Notes: generated by a model from the sequence alone, not told the origin. Positions 31,730 through 43,124 are shown, numbered from the stretch's first letter. The stretch: 64,000 bases of DNA from an uncultured Chloroflexia bacterium (GCA_963849635.1 CAWKIA010000024.1:33615-97614); one strand, 5' to 3'. Made by a program: numbers and translations.

Positions 31730-33297
31730 ATGACAAGGCGATGTGGAAAAACCGAACCTCTGTTCGCCGGGGATGATCGTCCGGATGCTTGGCCTGCGCC
31801 GGGCTGTTGCTCGTCACGCCGGTGGCGGTAATGGGTCAGGACGCGACGCCGGTCACCGCGCCGGACGGCGCGATCACGCTGGTGGCCGGCCAGTTGGAGA
31901 ACCCGCGCGGATTCGCCTGGGGCGAAGATGGCCTCCTCTACGTCTCCCTGGCCGGCAACGGCGGCACGAAGATCACGACCTCGGATGATGCCTCGCCGGA
32001 GGATCAGGTGGAGGGACCGACGATGACCGGGCAGACCGCCAGCGTCGTCCAGATCGTTGATGGTTGCGGCGTGCCGTTCGTCACCGGCCTCCCCTCCACC
32101 GCCGATCCCTTCGGCGATGTGCAGGGACCGGTGGATGTCGCCTTCCTCAATGGCCAGATGCACATCCTCCAGGACGCCACCGGCGGCTACGAGGCGGTCG
32201 GCCCGGATTTCCCGAATGGCATTTATACCCTCAATCCGGACGGCAGCGTCCGCCTGATGAGCGATCTCTCCGCCTATGTCGCCGCCAAGCCGGCCGGGAA
32301 TCTCTATCACGTCCTGGAGCTGGGTGAGCCGTTCGCGTTTGCCCCTGGTGATGGCGGCTTCTGGGTGGTCGATGCTAACCAGGGCCTGCTGCTCTGGGTG
32401 GCGACCAGCGGACAGGTCACGCTGGTCGCCGACCTCTCCGAAGGCCATCCCGTCCCGACCGCGCTGACGGTCGCGCCGGATGGAGCAATCTACGTCGGCT
32501 ATCTGACCCCGGGACCTCATGTTGATGGCACCTCCAAGGTCGTCCGCATCGACCCCGACGACTACTCGGTGAGCGACTACTGGACCGGCCTGACGACGGT
32601 TACCGGCCTGGCGACCGATGCCGACGGCACCCTGTACGCGCTCGAGATGGCGACCGGCAACCAGACGACCGAGCCCAACATCTTCCCGGATACCGGCCGC
32701 CTGGTCCGTCAGACCGGACCGAGCAGCATGGATGTCCTGATCACCGGGCTTGATTTCCCGATCTCGATGGACTCCGGTCCAGACAGCGCCCTCTACATCT
32801 CACTGCCGGCCATCGCCACCGATGGCGAGCCGGGCGGCATCATCCGCGTCGATCCCACCTTGATCACGGAGACGGTCGCGATGCCTGAGGGCCTCCTGGC
32901 GACCTCGCTGTGCACCCCTATCGCCACGCCTGTGTCCGAGCCGGATCTCGTTCCCGCCACGATTCCGGCCGCGTCGCCCGTTGCGACCGAGGAGGCCGGC
33001 CGCCACGCCCGCGGCGGAACGAGACCGACCTGGGCGACAAGCAAGGGATCGCCTCCGTCGCGGTTCAGATCGAGAACTTCGCCTTCGGTCCAGCGGAGCA
33101 GACAGTTGCGGCCGGCGGGATCGTTACCTGGTCGAATGTCGACTCGGTCGCGCACACGGTCTCGGCGGCGGACGGCAGTTTCGATTCCGGCAACCTCAAC
33201 CCCGGTGAGACCTTGTTCACCAGTTCGACCAGGCCGGAACATTTGACTACCCTGCCACTATCACCCCAACATGATGGGCACGATCACCGTCCAGTAA
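31730..33297 (+). CDS. Second ScyD/ScyE-family propeller + cupredoxin fusion (tandem paralogue); frameshifted
   Basis: AAGGAG RBS; GQLENPRG, HPVPTALTVAPDGAIYVG. Terminal IENFAFGP..DSVAHTVS..CHYHPNMMGTITVQ. Confidence 0.75.
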
Positions 33298-33377
33298 GCC
33301 AGTACTCAAGCCCGCCAGATTGCCGGCCTGCAAGCGTGGGCTCCGGCCGTCAGTAAGTCGACGAGAGGGATGCGAGG

Positions 33378-34840
33378 ATGCAGACGAAGGATGAACGGGA
33401 GTCGCCCGCGAAGGGCGTGAGCCGGGCAGAATCCGGGAATATGTCCCGGCGTGGGCTGATGCGCGCCGGGGCGGGGCTGCTCGGTGCGAGCGGCGTCGCC
33501 GCCATCGGACTCGGCACGGCCGGGGTCGGCGGCCTCGGCGCCCAGGACAACGCGACGCCAATGGCCACCCCGAGATGGGCGGCATGTCCGACGGATTTAT
33601 CGAACCTCCTGTCCTCCAGAGCAAGGACGGCTTTCTCTCCGTCAAGCTGGAGGCCGCGCCGGACCCCACCGCCGGACCGGGCCGGATGGCCTACGAGCAG
33701 TCCATTCCCGGTCCCACCCTTCGCCTGCGCGGCGGCGATCAGCTCAATGTCGCCCTGGTCAATAGCCTGGGCGGCGACTCCACGAATCTGCACGTCCACG
33801 GGATGCACGTCTCCCCCAAGGACAACGGGGACAACGTCTTCATCCATGTCGACTACGGCCAGACCTTCAATTACACCTACGCCATTCCGGAGACCCACCC
33901 GCCCGGGCTCTACTGGTACCACCCCCACAGCCACGGCGACTCCTCCCAGCAGGTCTCGGCCGGGCTGGGCGGGGCGATCATCGTCGAGGGCGGCCTGGAC
34001 GATCTCCCCGAGATCGCAGGGCTGACCGAGCGGCTGTTCGTCCTCCAGGGGCCGTTCCTGGGGCCGGACCACCAACCTCAATATCTCGTCAACGGCCAGG
34101 TCAACCCCGAGATCACCATCCGCCCAGGCGAGACGCAGCGCTGGCGGATTTTGAACGCCAGCGCGAACTCGTTCTTCAACCTGCAACTTGTCCGCCATAC
34201 CCTCCACGAGATCGCCACGGACGGCAACGCCCGGCCGGAGGCGGCGTCGATCGATACCCTCCTCCTGGGGCCGTCCGAGCGGAGCGAGGTGCTGGTCCAG
34301 GGTGGACCGGCCGGCATCTACCAGTTCCGGTCGCTGCCCTGGGCCGAGGACATCTCCAGCCAGGCCCAGCCGCAATTCCTGGTCGCGACCCTCGTCTCCG
34401 GCGGCGAGGCGGTCGAGCCGATGGCGCTCCCGACCACCCTGATCGACCGCGAGGATTTGCGCACGGTCAACGTCGACAAGTCGCGGACGGTCGTCTTCCA
34501 GGAAAACAGCTCGCCGCCAGTCTTTGCGATCGACGGCAAGGCGTTCTCGATGGATCGGGTCGACCAGACCGTCCAGCTTGGCGCGGTGGAAGAGTGGACG
34601 CTGCGCAAGACAGCCCGGAGTGGCACCCGTTCCATATCCATGTCAACGACTTCCAGGTGATGTCCCGCAACGGCGCAGGAACAGCCCCGGACGTACGAGG
34701 ACACCTCGCGCATTCCGCCGCACGGCGAGCTTGTCATGCGGACGCGCTTCTCCGACTTCAGCGGCAAGTTCGTCTATCACTGCCACATCCTCGGCCACGA
34801 GGATGCCGGCATGATGGGCGTGGTCGAGGTCGTCGAGTAG
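33378..34840 (+). CDS. Tat-exported multicopper oxidase (laccase/CueO-like); frameshifts near 33575, 34610 and 34680
   Basis: SRRGLM leader. All four copper motifs: NLHVHG, YWYHPHSH, HPFHIH, YHCHILGHEDAGM. Confidence 0.9.
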
Positions 34841-34845
34841 GCGGT

Positions 34846-34880
34846 GGCTGATGGCGGGGCGGATTGCCTCGCCATCAGCC
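34846..34880 (+). terminator. Hairpin after the multicopper oxidase gene
   Basis: 15-bp stem GGCTGATGGCGGGGC/GCCTCGCCATCAGCC; no clear U tract. Confidence 0.5.
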
Positions 34881-35512
34881 GATCGGGCTGCCGGTCAGAC
34901 GGTCGGTGTGGCCACCTCGACGATATCGATCAACTCGTCGACCAGCCATCTGGTCTGTGCATTAGGACGACTCATGAGGTATCTCCCACGACCGCCCAGA
35001 TTTCCTTGACGCCGCCGCCCGGCAGCTGACACGAGTGGCATGGCCTTCGCTTTCGGGGTCGCGATCAGATCAACCTCCAATGTCAACCGTTTTGCTGGAG
35101 CTCGGTGCATCGTTTTCTGCCGTTCGGCGAGCAAACCATGTGAACTCAGCGTTCCATCCAGAACTCTGTAGCATCGGGGATGCGAAAGCAATCTAGCGGG
35201 CGGTGGTTCAGGCGCTCTCTTCGGATTACATGAGATTGGTGTTCGCCGGGCTATTTGAAGCGTGAGTTTGGCCAACACCGTTGGTTCCAATCGCAATCCC
35301 CCAGATGTCCTCTCCATGGCTGTCGCAAGCGAGGAATTCTGTGCTACAACATCTCTACGATCTCTCGAAAAACGGCTAAACCTGGCGAAACGCTGAAGGC
35401 GCGTTCGTGGTCGGCGCAGGAATGCACCCTGGGTCTATCGAACCGGTGCGGGACGTCACCGTGTTAGGCAGGGACAGGGTACCGACCACGTAACGGCCGC
35501 GGCGATATTCAG

Positions 35513-37505
35513 GTGAGTGGAACCACTGGGGTGCGGGAGGCCATGCGTACCGGAATTGCGTTTGAGCGGGTGTTCCGTCAGGGGATTCGCGGGCTTTGTC
35601 TGGCTGTGCTGATCGCTTTGGTGTCGGGGTTAGCCTCGCCCGCGGCGGCTCAGGATGACTCCGCCACAGTCGATCCAAATGCACAGTCTCTGGCCGACAA
35701 GTACGCCCCCATCGTGTATCTGGCGGAACAGTCCCAACCGTGCGACAAGAAGGGCGAAGCCTACTTTCCGACACGGGTTGAGACAGTCCTCGGCAATCAG
35801 CAAGTCGGTCTGATGGACGGCGACCCGGTCGAGGAGGTCGCCAGGGGGGCGACTGCCCCCGACGTGTTTCGGCTGCCAAATGAGTCGTATCTCGACTTTC
35901 CTGGCAATCCGCGCTCCCCCGGATGCACCTATGACCGCGCGTTTCGGGCAATGCCTTCCCAAGATGAAGTGGCTTATGCCCATGTGATCGCCGATGAGCA
36001 TGAAGACGGAACCCCCGCAATCGCGCTGCAATACTGGTTTTCTATTACTTCAATGACGCCGACAATACCCACGAGGGCGACTGGGAGATGATCCAGCTCT
36101 CCTGGGACGTCGCCACCGTCGAGGAGGCGTTAGCCCGGGATCCGGACCGGACGGCATACGCCCAGCATGGGACCGGCGAACTCGCCGAATGGACGGACGA
36201 GAAGGTCCAAAAGGAAGACGGGCACCCAGTCGCCTATTCCGCGCTGGGTTCGCACGGCAGCTACTACGGTGACGGCGTCTACCTGATGTACGGCGAGGAC
36301 TCGGCCGGCTTAGGTTGTGACGACACCTCACGGCCGGCCCGCCGGACTCCCCTTGAAGCGATATTGCTTCCAACCGAGGTCGAGGACCAGGACGATCCGC
36401 TTGCCTGGTCTGCGTTCGAGGGGCGGTGGGGCGAGCGTCAGGGGGGATGTGGAATGGACCCACCGGTCCAAATACCAAGGGCCGCTGGACCGAGCCTATC
36501 GCGTGGGAAGATGGCCTCCGCGACTTCAGCTATAGCGTCGGTGAGAACAACCTTGGAGGGTTGAGTCCGGTCAATATATTCTGCCAGGGCGTCAGCTTTG
36601 CCGGGCGAGCGCTCAACCTCGACGCCACGCATCCGGTCGCGTTCAGGCTCTCCGTCACTGCGGTAGTGCTGGCGGTGCTTCTGCTGTTCTACCGAGATCG
36701 CAAGATCCTCGCTGAGGCTGGCAGGCTCTATTTCCGCCATCTACCGACGTTCGCCGCACTCGGGCTGCTAGTCGTGCCCGTGGCGTTGATCGTGAACGAA
36801 ATCCAATACCTCTTATCGTTTGCCCCACCCATCGAGTTCCTGCTAAAGCTGGGGGAGCGCAGCCCGACTTCCTGGATACTCTATCTGGTGGCGGCGAGTG
36901 GACTGGTTCACTTGCCCGTCCTGATCTTCGTGGGGCCGGCGGTGATCGAGGCGGTACGTCAGGCAGAGGCGGGCCAGAAACCCGGCATCGTCGAAAGCTG
37001 CCGCGCAACAGTGGAGCGACTGAAACTGCTGGCGATCTCGTCTGCGCGTGTCTGGTTTCTGATCGCCGCTCTGGTAATCTCCGTGATCGGCCTGCCGTGG
37101 GCTATCAGCAAGGCGATCGACTGGGCGCTATTCCAACAGGTGATCGTCTTTCAGGGCGCACGTTCGCCGGCGGCCGCCATCGCGGGGAGCACCGCGTTAG
37201 TGCGGGGGCGCCGGATCGGCGCCGGGCTGACGCTCTTGCTCCTGGCGATCCTGGTTGCGGTCGCGCCACCCTTGATCGGGGTGGTGCTCATGCTCCAATC
37301 GGAACTTTCGCTGGGGTGGATTACGACTGTTAGCGGTCTTCTGACCGCCGCGATGCTGCCGTACGCGGTGATCGGCGCGACGGTGTTCTATCGCAATCTG
37401 GCGACCCATCCGGTGGATCGAACGGTCGGTCAGACCGTTGCGGAGCACGAGGACTCGCACAGCGCGATGGTTCAGCCCGCATTGAATTCCGGCGGAGGTA
37501 CATAG
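35513..37505 (+). CDS. Secreted Vps62/NPP1-like domain with C-terminal multi-pass membrane region; frameshifts near 36045 and 36440
   Basis: Signal peptide; LADKYAPIVYL; LQYWF..YYFNDADNTHEGDWEMIQL; GSHGSYY; FEGRWGE..NGPTGP; then several TM helices. Confidence 0.65.
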
Positions 37506-37544
37506 CGACCGGCACGGGCTGTCGCGGATTGCGGGCATGCGTTC

Positions 37545-37592
37545 GGGCACGAGAGCGCCCCGCTGCCGTGGCAGCGGGGCGCTCTCGTGCCC
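37545..37592. terminator. Perfect 23-bp inverted repeat between convergent genes
   Basis: GGGCACGAGAGCGCCCCGCTGCC-GT-GGCAGCGGGGCGCTCTCGTGCCC. Confidence 0.65.
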
Positions 37593-37608
37593 AATGTAAC
37601 GGAAAGAT

Positions 37609-38383
37609 CTAGGCAGTGGTGTCTTCTTCGACGGTCCGGTCATTGAGCGGTTGCAGCGGGCAAGCGTCGAACTCGAAGATCTTTCGATAGCCCGCGATCT
37701 GCTCTGCTGATACTTCCGCGGGCTCGGTGAAGAGGTGCCAGTGAACACCTCCACTGCACGGGGGTGTCGTCAACGAGCCCATGTACCGGAACGTGGCTGG
37801 TGACTCCGGAAGGAGAGCGGCGAGATCGACCGCCCCTTCTACTTTCTGCTCCGGGCCGGTCATGACGGACATGGCCTCGAACACCGTTTTGAGACCGGTA
37901 TGCTCAGCCCCCTCCTTCAGGAGAAGACCGACGACCGCCAACGCCCCGTCTTCCGACCGGTGGACAAGGTGCAGTTCCATCGCTTCCGTTTTGCCGTCGA
38001 CTGCGTGTTCGCTCGGCGTGTGAAAGTGGAACTGGATCACCTGGAACGTCGTCCCGTCAACGACGATCGTGTTCCCTTCGGGGACATTCACGAATATCGA
38101 GTACCCGTTGTTGATGATATGGAGCGGTGAGATCGGCCCCCTCGGCTCCGACAACATCGATCGGCGATTGTTCCGTCCCTCCGGAGCACGTAGCGAAGGC
38201 CGGATCTAGCTCACCCCAAAACTCAGGACCCTCTTCGCCTTCATAGGTCCAATGAGGCGCCTCATCGGCACGGACCAAAGCCCTACCGCCGAATCCTAGC
38301 GCCACGGCAGATAGGGCCGACCCACCCGCGGTCAGTCCGGCCCGGCGTACGAGACCACGCCGGTTGATCGCTCGAGACTCCAC
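37609..38383 (-). CDS. Alpha-class carbonic anhydrase with Tat leader; frameshift near 38140
   Basis: NRRGLV leader; HWTYEGEEGPEFWG; QSPID; QFHFHTPSEH; ELHLVH; YMGSLTTPPC. Confidence 0.9.
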
Positions 38384-38650
38384 GCCGCAGGCGTCACACG
38401 TCGAAGATGCTCCTCGAAAAGCTAATTACCAGGCAATTGCTCCTAGCGTCCCAAGTACTTGAACGGCGCTTAGTGGCGATGGCTTGCGCGGTTGCCGGGG
38501 ATATTGCACGAACGTGGCGTCTTGCAAAGCTGAGGTCAGGATCCGCTACCTGTCCTCTGCCCGTCGTCGCTGAGATACACTAGGCTTGAGGTTATGCCTG
38601 AGTCGGGCAGGGTGAGTTGGCAGTAGGACAGTACAGGGGAGTTTGTCCGG

Positions 38651-39577
38651 TTGGATTGGATTGGGAACAGCGAAATCTGGGTCGCGTTGTTGACGTTGAC
38701 AACGCTCGAGATCGTGCTCGGTATCGACAACATCATCTTCATCTCGATCCTGGCGGGGAAGCTCCCCCCGGAACAGCGCGAGCGGGCCCGATTGCTGGGA
38801 CTGGGCGCCGCGCTGATTACCCGGATCTTGTTGTTGCTTTTCATCAACGTCATCGCCGGGCTGACCGATCCGATCTTTACGATCGTCGACCAGGGTGTCT
38901 CCGGTCGTGATCTCATCCTCCTTGGTGGTGGGCTCTTCCTCCTAGGGAAATCCACGTTCGAGATTCACGAAAAGCTAGAGGGCCATGAGAGTACCGGCGC
39001 TGCCCGGACCGCCTCGTCATTCGCGAGCGTCATCATTCAGATCATGCTGCTGGACATCGTCTTCTCGCTGGACTCGGTGATCACCGCTGTCGGCATGGCC
39101 GATGATATCGGCGTCATGATCGCTGCGGTCGTCATCGCGATCGGCGTGATGCTCTTCGCGTCCGGCCCGATCTCGGCGTTCGTCGAGCAGCATCCGACCG
39201 TCAAGATGCTCGCCCTCTCCTTCCTCCTCCTGATCGGCATGTCACTGATCGCCGAAGGCGCGCATCAGCACATTCCGAAGGGCTATATCTACTTCGCCAT
39301 GGCCTTCTCGGTCCTTGTCGAGGTGCTCAACCTACGCCTTCGCGCCCGATCCGAGCACCCGGTTCACCTGGGTCCCCTCAATCAGGGATTTGCCCCATCC
39401 CCTGATCCGGTCGGAGCGACGGCGGGATCCGTTGCCCGGGCGGTGCCGGCGGCGGAAGTGGTCGGCACCACCGAAACGGGCGATCCGCGACCGGCGGGCA
39501 AAGGTGGTCCTGGTAGCCGCGGCCGGGGCCGGCAGGTCGGGCCCGGAACCCGCAACAGGGACCGCAAGCGGCGGTAA
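38651..39577 (+). CDS. terC: TerC-family membrane protein
   Basis: TLEIVLGIDNIIFISIL, LLDIVFSLDSVITAVG, IPKGYIYFAMAFS. TTG start after AGGGGAG. Confidence 0.92.
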   Translation: MDWIGNSEIWVALLTLTTLEIVLGIDNIIFISILAGKLPPEQRERARLLGLGAALITRILLLLFINVIAGLTDPIFTIVDQGVSGRDLILLGGGLFLLGKSTFEIHEKLEGHESTGAARTASSFASVIIQIMLLDIVFSLDSVITAVGMADDIGVMIAAVVIAIGVMLFASGPISAFVEQHPTVKMLALSFLLLIGMSLIAEGAHQHIPKGYIYFAMAFSVLVEVLNLRLRARSEHPVHLGPLNQGFAPSPDPVGATAGSVARAVPAAEVVGTTETGDPRPAGKGGPGSRGRGRQVGPGTRNRDRKRR

Positions 39578-39761
39578 GTCACCTGCGCAGTCAGGTTGTC
39601 CATGAAGAAGCCGGTCGGCAACGTAGCCGACCGGCTTCGTTGTGCGGATGCGACAGTTTGCCCGCTTCTACCTGTTGCGCTTCCCCCGGTTCGGTCGTAC
39701 CGTAACCGGCCGTGAGCCCGTGGTGGCCGGTTGGTGTGAGATGGATGGGATGGGAGCGGAG

Positions 39762-40775
39762 ATGGCGACCGCGAGTCAAGCTGGCGAGGCCGAACAGGCG
39801 GTTCGGCCGTTGGTGGCGGTGACCCGGGAGATTCCCGAGGCGGGCATGGCACTGTTGCGCGAGGCGGCCGACCTGCGCGTCTGGCCGGATGACATGCCGC
39901 CCAGCGCCGCTGAGCTGGCGGAGCTAATCCACGGCTGTGTCGGAGCCCTGACCCTGCTGACCGACCATATCGATGGCGCCGTGCTCGACAAGGAGCCACA
40001 GCTAAAGGTCGTCAGTAACTTCGCCGTGGGGTACGACAATGTCGATGTGCCGGCCGCCACCGAGCGCGGCGTGGCGGTCTGCAATACCGCCGAGGTCCTC
40101 ACCGAAGCGACAGCCGATTTCGCCTTTGCCCTCTTGATGGCGGCGGCCCGCCGGATCGTCGAGGGCGCCGACTACGTCCGGGACGGCAAGTGGCGCACCT
40201 GGGGGCCAACCCTGCTCCGCGGCCAGGAGTTGACCGGGGCGACGATCGGGATTGTCGGGTTCGGCCGAATCGGCAAGGAGGTGGCGAAGCGCGCCAGTGG
40301 CTTCGGCATGCGCATCCTCGCTCACGACAGCTACCAGGATGAAGAGGCCGCCCGCGCCCTGGGCGCCACCTTCACCGAGCTGGACGATCTCCTGCGCGAA
40401 GCTGATTATGTCACGCTGCATGTCGCTCTGACCGACGAGACGACCCACCTGATCGGCGCCCGCGAGTTTGGCCTGATGAAACCGACCGCCATCCTGATCA
40501 ACGCCGCTCGCGGCCCGGTGGTCGACACCGACGCGCTGGTTGACGCCCTGCGCAACGGCGAGATCTTCGCCGCCGCCCTCGACGTCACCGACCCGGAACC
40601 CCTCCCGGCCGACCATCCCCTGGTCTCCCTACCCAACGCGATCGTCGTGCCACACATCGCCTCGGCGACCGTCGCCACCCGGGACGCGATGGCCACCCTC
40701 GCCGCTCGCAACTTGCTCGCGGTGCTGCGCGGCGAGCGGCCGGAGCAGATCGTCAATCCGGAAGTGCTCGGCTAG
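39762..40775 (+). CDS. D-glycerate/glyoxylate reductase (D-2-hydroxyacid dehydrogenase)
   Basis: [37 protein letters not shown]. Confidence 0.93.
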   Translation: MATASQAGEAEQAVRPLVAVTREIPEAGMALLREAADLRVWPDDMPPSAAELAELIHGCVGALTLLTDHIDGAVLDKEPQLKVVSNFAVGYDNVDVPAATERGVAVCNTAEVLTEATADFAFALLMAAARRIVEGADYVRDGKWRTWGPTLLRGQELTGATIGIVGFGRIGKEVAKRASGFGMRILAHDSYQDEEAARALGATFTELDDLLREADYVTLHVALTDETTHLIGAREFGLMKPTAILINAARGPVVDTDALVDALRNGEIFAAALDVTDPEPLPADHPLVSLPNAIVVPHIASATVATRDAMATLAARNLLAVLRGERPEQIVNPEVLG

Positions 40776-40894
40776 CTATCGCGCACTGCCGAGCCGCAAA
40801 TCACTCGTCTTCCCCTAACGGCCCGGAGGCAATCCGGGCCGTACAGAGTATCCTGTCCGTATACGCCAGCAGGATCGATTGGGAGGAATGACCG

Positions 40895-41968
40895 GTGGGC
40901 TCACCAGCCGTTTCGAGGCACCTTGTGCCCGATCTCGACGCGGGCGACTTGCTCGAACGCTTCCTGATCTCGGCGGTTGGGGCGATCCTCGGCATCCGCG
41001 CCTACCTGGCCGCGACCGGCTACCCCCAGGTCGGCGGCAACGGGTTGCACGTTGCCCACATGCTCTGGGGCGGTGTGCTGATGCTGGTGGCGGTGGTGCT
41101 GCTGCTCTCCTTCCTCGGCAACCGAGTCAAGATGGTCGCATCCGTCCTTGGCGGGCTTGGTTTCGGGACGTTCGTGGACGAGTTGGGCAAGTTCATCACC
41201 AGCGATAACAACTACTTCTTCGAACCGACCGTCGCCATCCTGTACATCATCTTCGTTGTGCTCTTCCTTGCCTTTCGCACGATCTCTCGCCAGCGTGATA
41301 TCTCGCCCCGGGCCTATCTGGTAAATGCGCTCGATGCGACCGAGGATGTGGTGATCCGCGGCGAGCATGACGTCGATGGAGTTGCGCGCGCCAAGGCGCT
41401 TGCACTCCTCGACCATTGCGATCCACAGGACTCGCTTGTCATCGCGCTGCGCTCAATGCTCAACGCGCAGCCGCTGCGATCGGCAGCAGCAATCCACAAG
41501 TCTGGCCCGATGCATTCGGTACGCCGGGCTTATCTGTCCTTCGTTCGCTCAAAGTGGGTGCGGCGGGCAGTTGTCGGCATCTTCCTGCTTCACGCCCTTG
41601 GGGCGATTGTTGCCTCGATTGCGGCCGTCGTCACCGATCCCCGGTTTGCCTTCGAGCGCCCGGACGTGTCGTTCGCCGAGGCCGGCGCGGGAATCTCATC
41701 GTTCCTCGCGGGGTTATTTGCCGTGATCGGCGCGGTCCAGTTGCGGTTCTCGACGCTAGCTGCCTATGAGTGGTTCCGGCGATCGACGCTGGTCTCGATT
41801 TTTCTGGCTCAGATCTTCGCCTTTTACCGGGAGGAGTTCGTGGCGCTGTCATCGCTCGTAGTTGTGATCATCTACCTGACCGCGCTCAACTATGCGATTA
41901 AGCAGGAAAAGCGGTTAGCCCGGGGTGACGCCGCCGCGTCACCCGCTGCGCGGCCCGTGCCAGCCTAA
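40895..41968 (+). CDS. Conserved hypothetical integral membrane protein
   Basis: Intact 357-aa ORF with many TM helices; TGYPQVGGNGLHVAHMLWGG and GFGTFVDELGKFITSDNNYFF. Confidence 0.75.
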   Translation: MGSPAVSRHLVPDLDAGDLLERFLISAVGAILGIRAYLAATGYPQVGGNGLHVAHMLWGGVLMLVAVVLLLSFLGNRVKMVASVLGGLGFGTFVDELGKFITSDNNYFFEPTVAILYIIFVVLFLAFRTISRQRDISPRAYLVNALDATEDVVIRGEHDVDGVARAKALALLDHCDPQDSLVIALRSMLNAQPLRSAAAIHKSGPMHSVRRAYLSFVRSKWVRRAVVGIFLLHALGAIVASIAAVVTDPRFAFERPDVSFAEAGAGISSFLAGLFAVIGAVQLRFSTLAAYEWFRRSTLVSIFLAQIFAFYREEFVALSSLVVVIIYLTALNYAIKQEKRLARGDAAASPAARPVPA

Positions 41969-42423
41969 TGGAATTGTCGGGATAGGTTGAGATGGCTTCG
42001 ACCCGCTAGACGTGCAAAATAGTGTATTGCGTCAAATACGGAAATTGTGTGGCGAATCTTGTGATATCTGGTATTGCTATACGACTGTATAGGACGACGA
42101 TGTGTCGGATAGACCTTGTCGCCAGTACTAGGTCATCTGTACTATCGCCGAGGCTTCAACCGACATAGGAAACCGACGCGGGGACATTGCGCCCCGCATC
42201 GCCGTGTCATAGGCCGCGGGATCGGCGCCACCGCGGGGTGCCGATCCCGCGCTTCGCGTGTGTCCGATTTCCGATCCGGCTGAGGAACCATTCTGTGTAC
42301 AGGTCGACGTGGACCCCGAGGAGTGTCGTCAGGTCGACTTCGGCGGGACATCCCGGCTGTCCTGAGTTCGTCAATCCCGTTGTCTGCCCTAGCTGGGCGC
42401 AGTTTTCTGGAGGAACATTCGAG

Positions 42424-42969
42424 ATGCGCGTCGCGACGTTGATCATTGGCCTCATGTTGGTTCTTGGGCTGTTCATTCAGTCAGCGCTTGTCGGTGGACT
42501 GTCGGAGATGGCTGGGGATGAAGGCTCTTCCACAGCCGCCGCTGTCGGCGTGCTAATGGCTCTGATCTGGATCTTTGGGTGCGCGCTCGTCATCCCACTC
42601 CCTCGAATCGCGATGATCCTCTTTATTCTGGCTGGCGTTCTTGGATTCGCGGCTTCAGCCGAGTTCCCTGACCTCGGCTTTTGGGGTGGCATCTCTATGG
42701 TCCTCGCACTGTTCAGCTTCTTCGGATGGCGCGGAAAGCGAAAGGCAGATCGGCGCGAGCGCGAGCGTGACGAATTGATCCGGCAGGCGACGGGCGCTCA
42801 ACTGGTCACGGCTAAGTCAACGGCGTATTTGGCGCAAGGTGTTAGCGGTGCTGCTCCGAAGGCGGTCGCTGGCTCGAACCGTTTCTGTGAATCCTGTGGA
42901 GAGGGGATCCCCAATACTGCGCGGTTCTGTGCGAGTTGCGGTTTCGCGGCGGCGGGCGTACCTGCGTAG
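42424..42969 (+). CDS. Small membrane protein with C-terminal zinc ribbon
   Basis: Four TM helices, then FCESCG..ARFCASCG. Confidence 0.7.
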   Translation: MRVATLIIGLMLVLGLFIQSALVGGLSEMAGDEGSSTAAAVGVLMALIWIFGCALVIPLPRIAMILFILAGVLGFAASAEFPDLGFWGGISMVLALFSFFGWRGKRKADRRERERDELIRQATGAQLVTAKSTAYLAQGVSGAAPKAVAGSNRFCESCGEGIPNTARFCASCGFAAAGVPA

Positions 42970-43124
42970 AGATCCTTCAGGTCCAATTCCACGTCTTTCA
43001 TCATGCACCCCGCCCGGCACTAGTGCCGGGCGGGGTGCGCGCTTTTCCACTGCCGGATAGGATGGGCGCTGCCGATTTCGCGACGCTCCGTGCGCCGCTC
43101 GCGACCGCAGGAGGCAAGCCCACG

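Noticed and set aside
35365-35420. GGCTAAACCTGGCGAAACGCTG as a c-di-GMP-I riboswitch
   Set aside because: The GAAA-capped stem pairs poorly and the downstream GCAAAG/P2 elements are absent; cmsearch would settle it.
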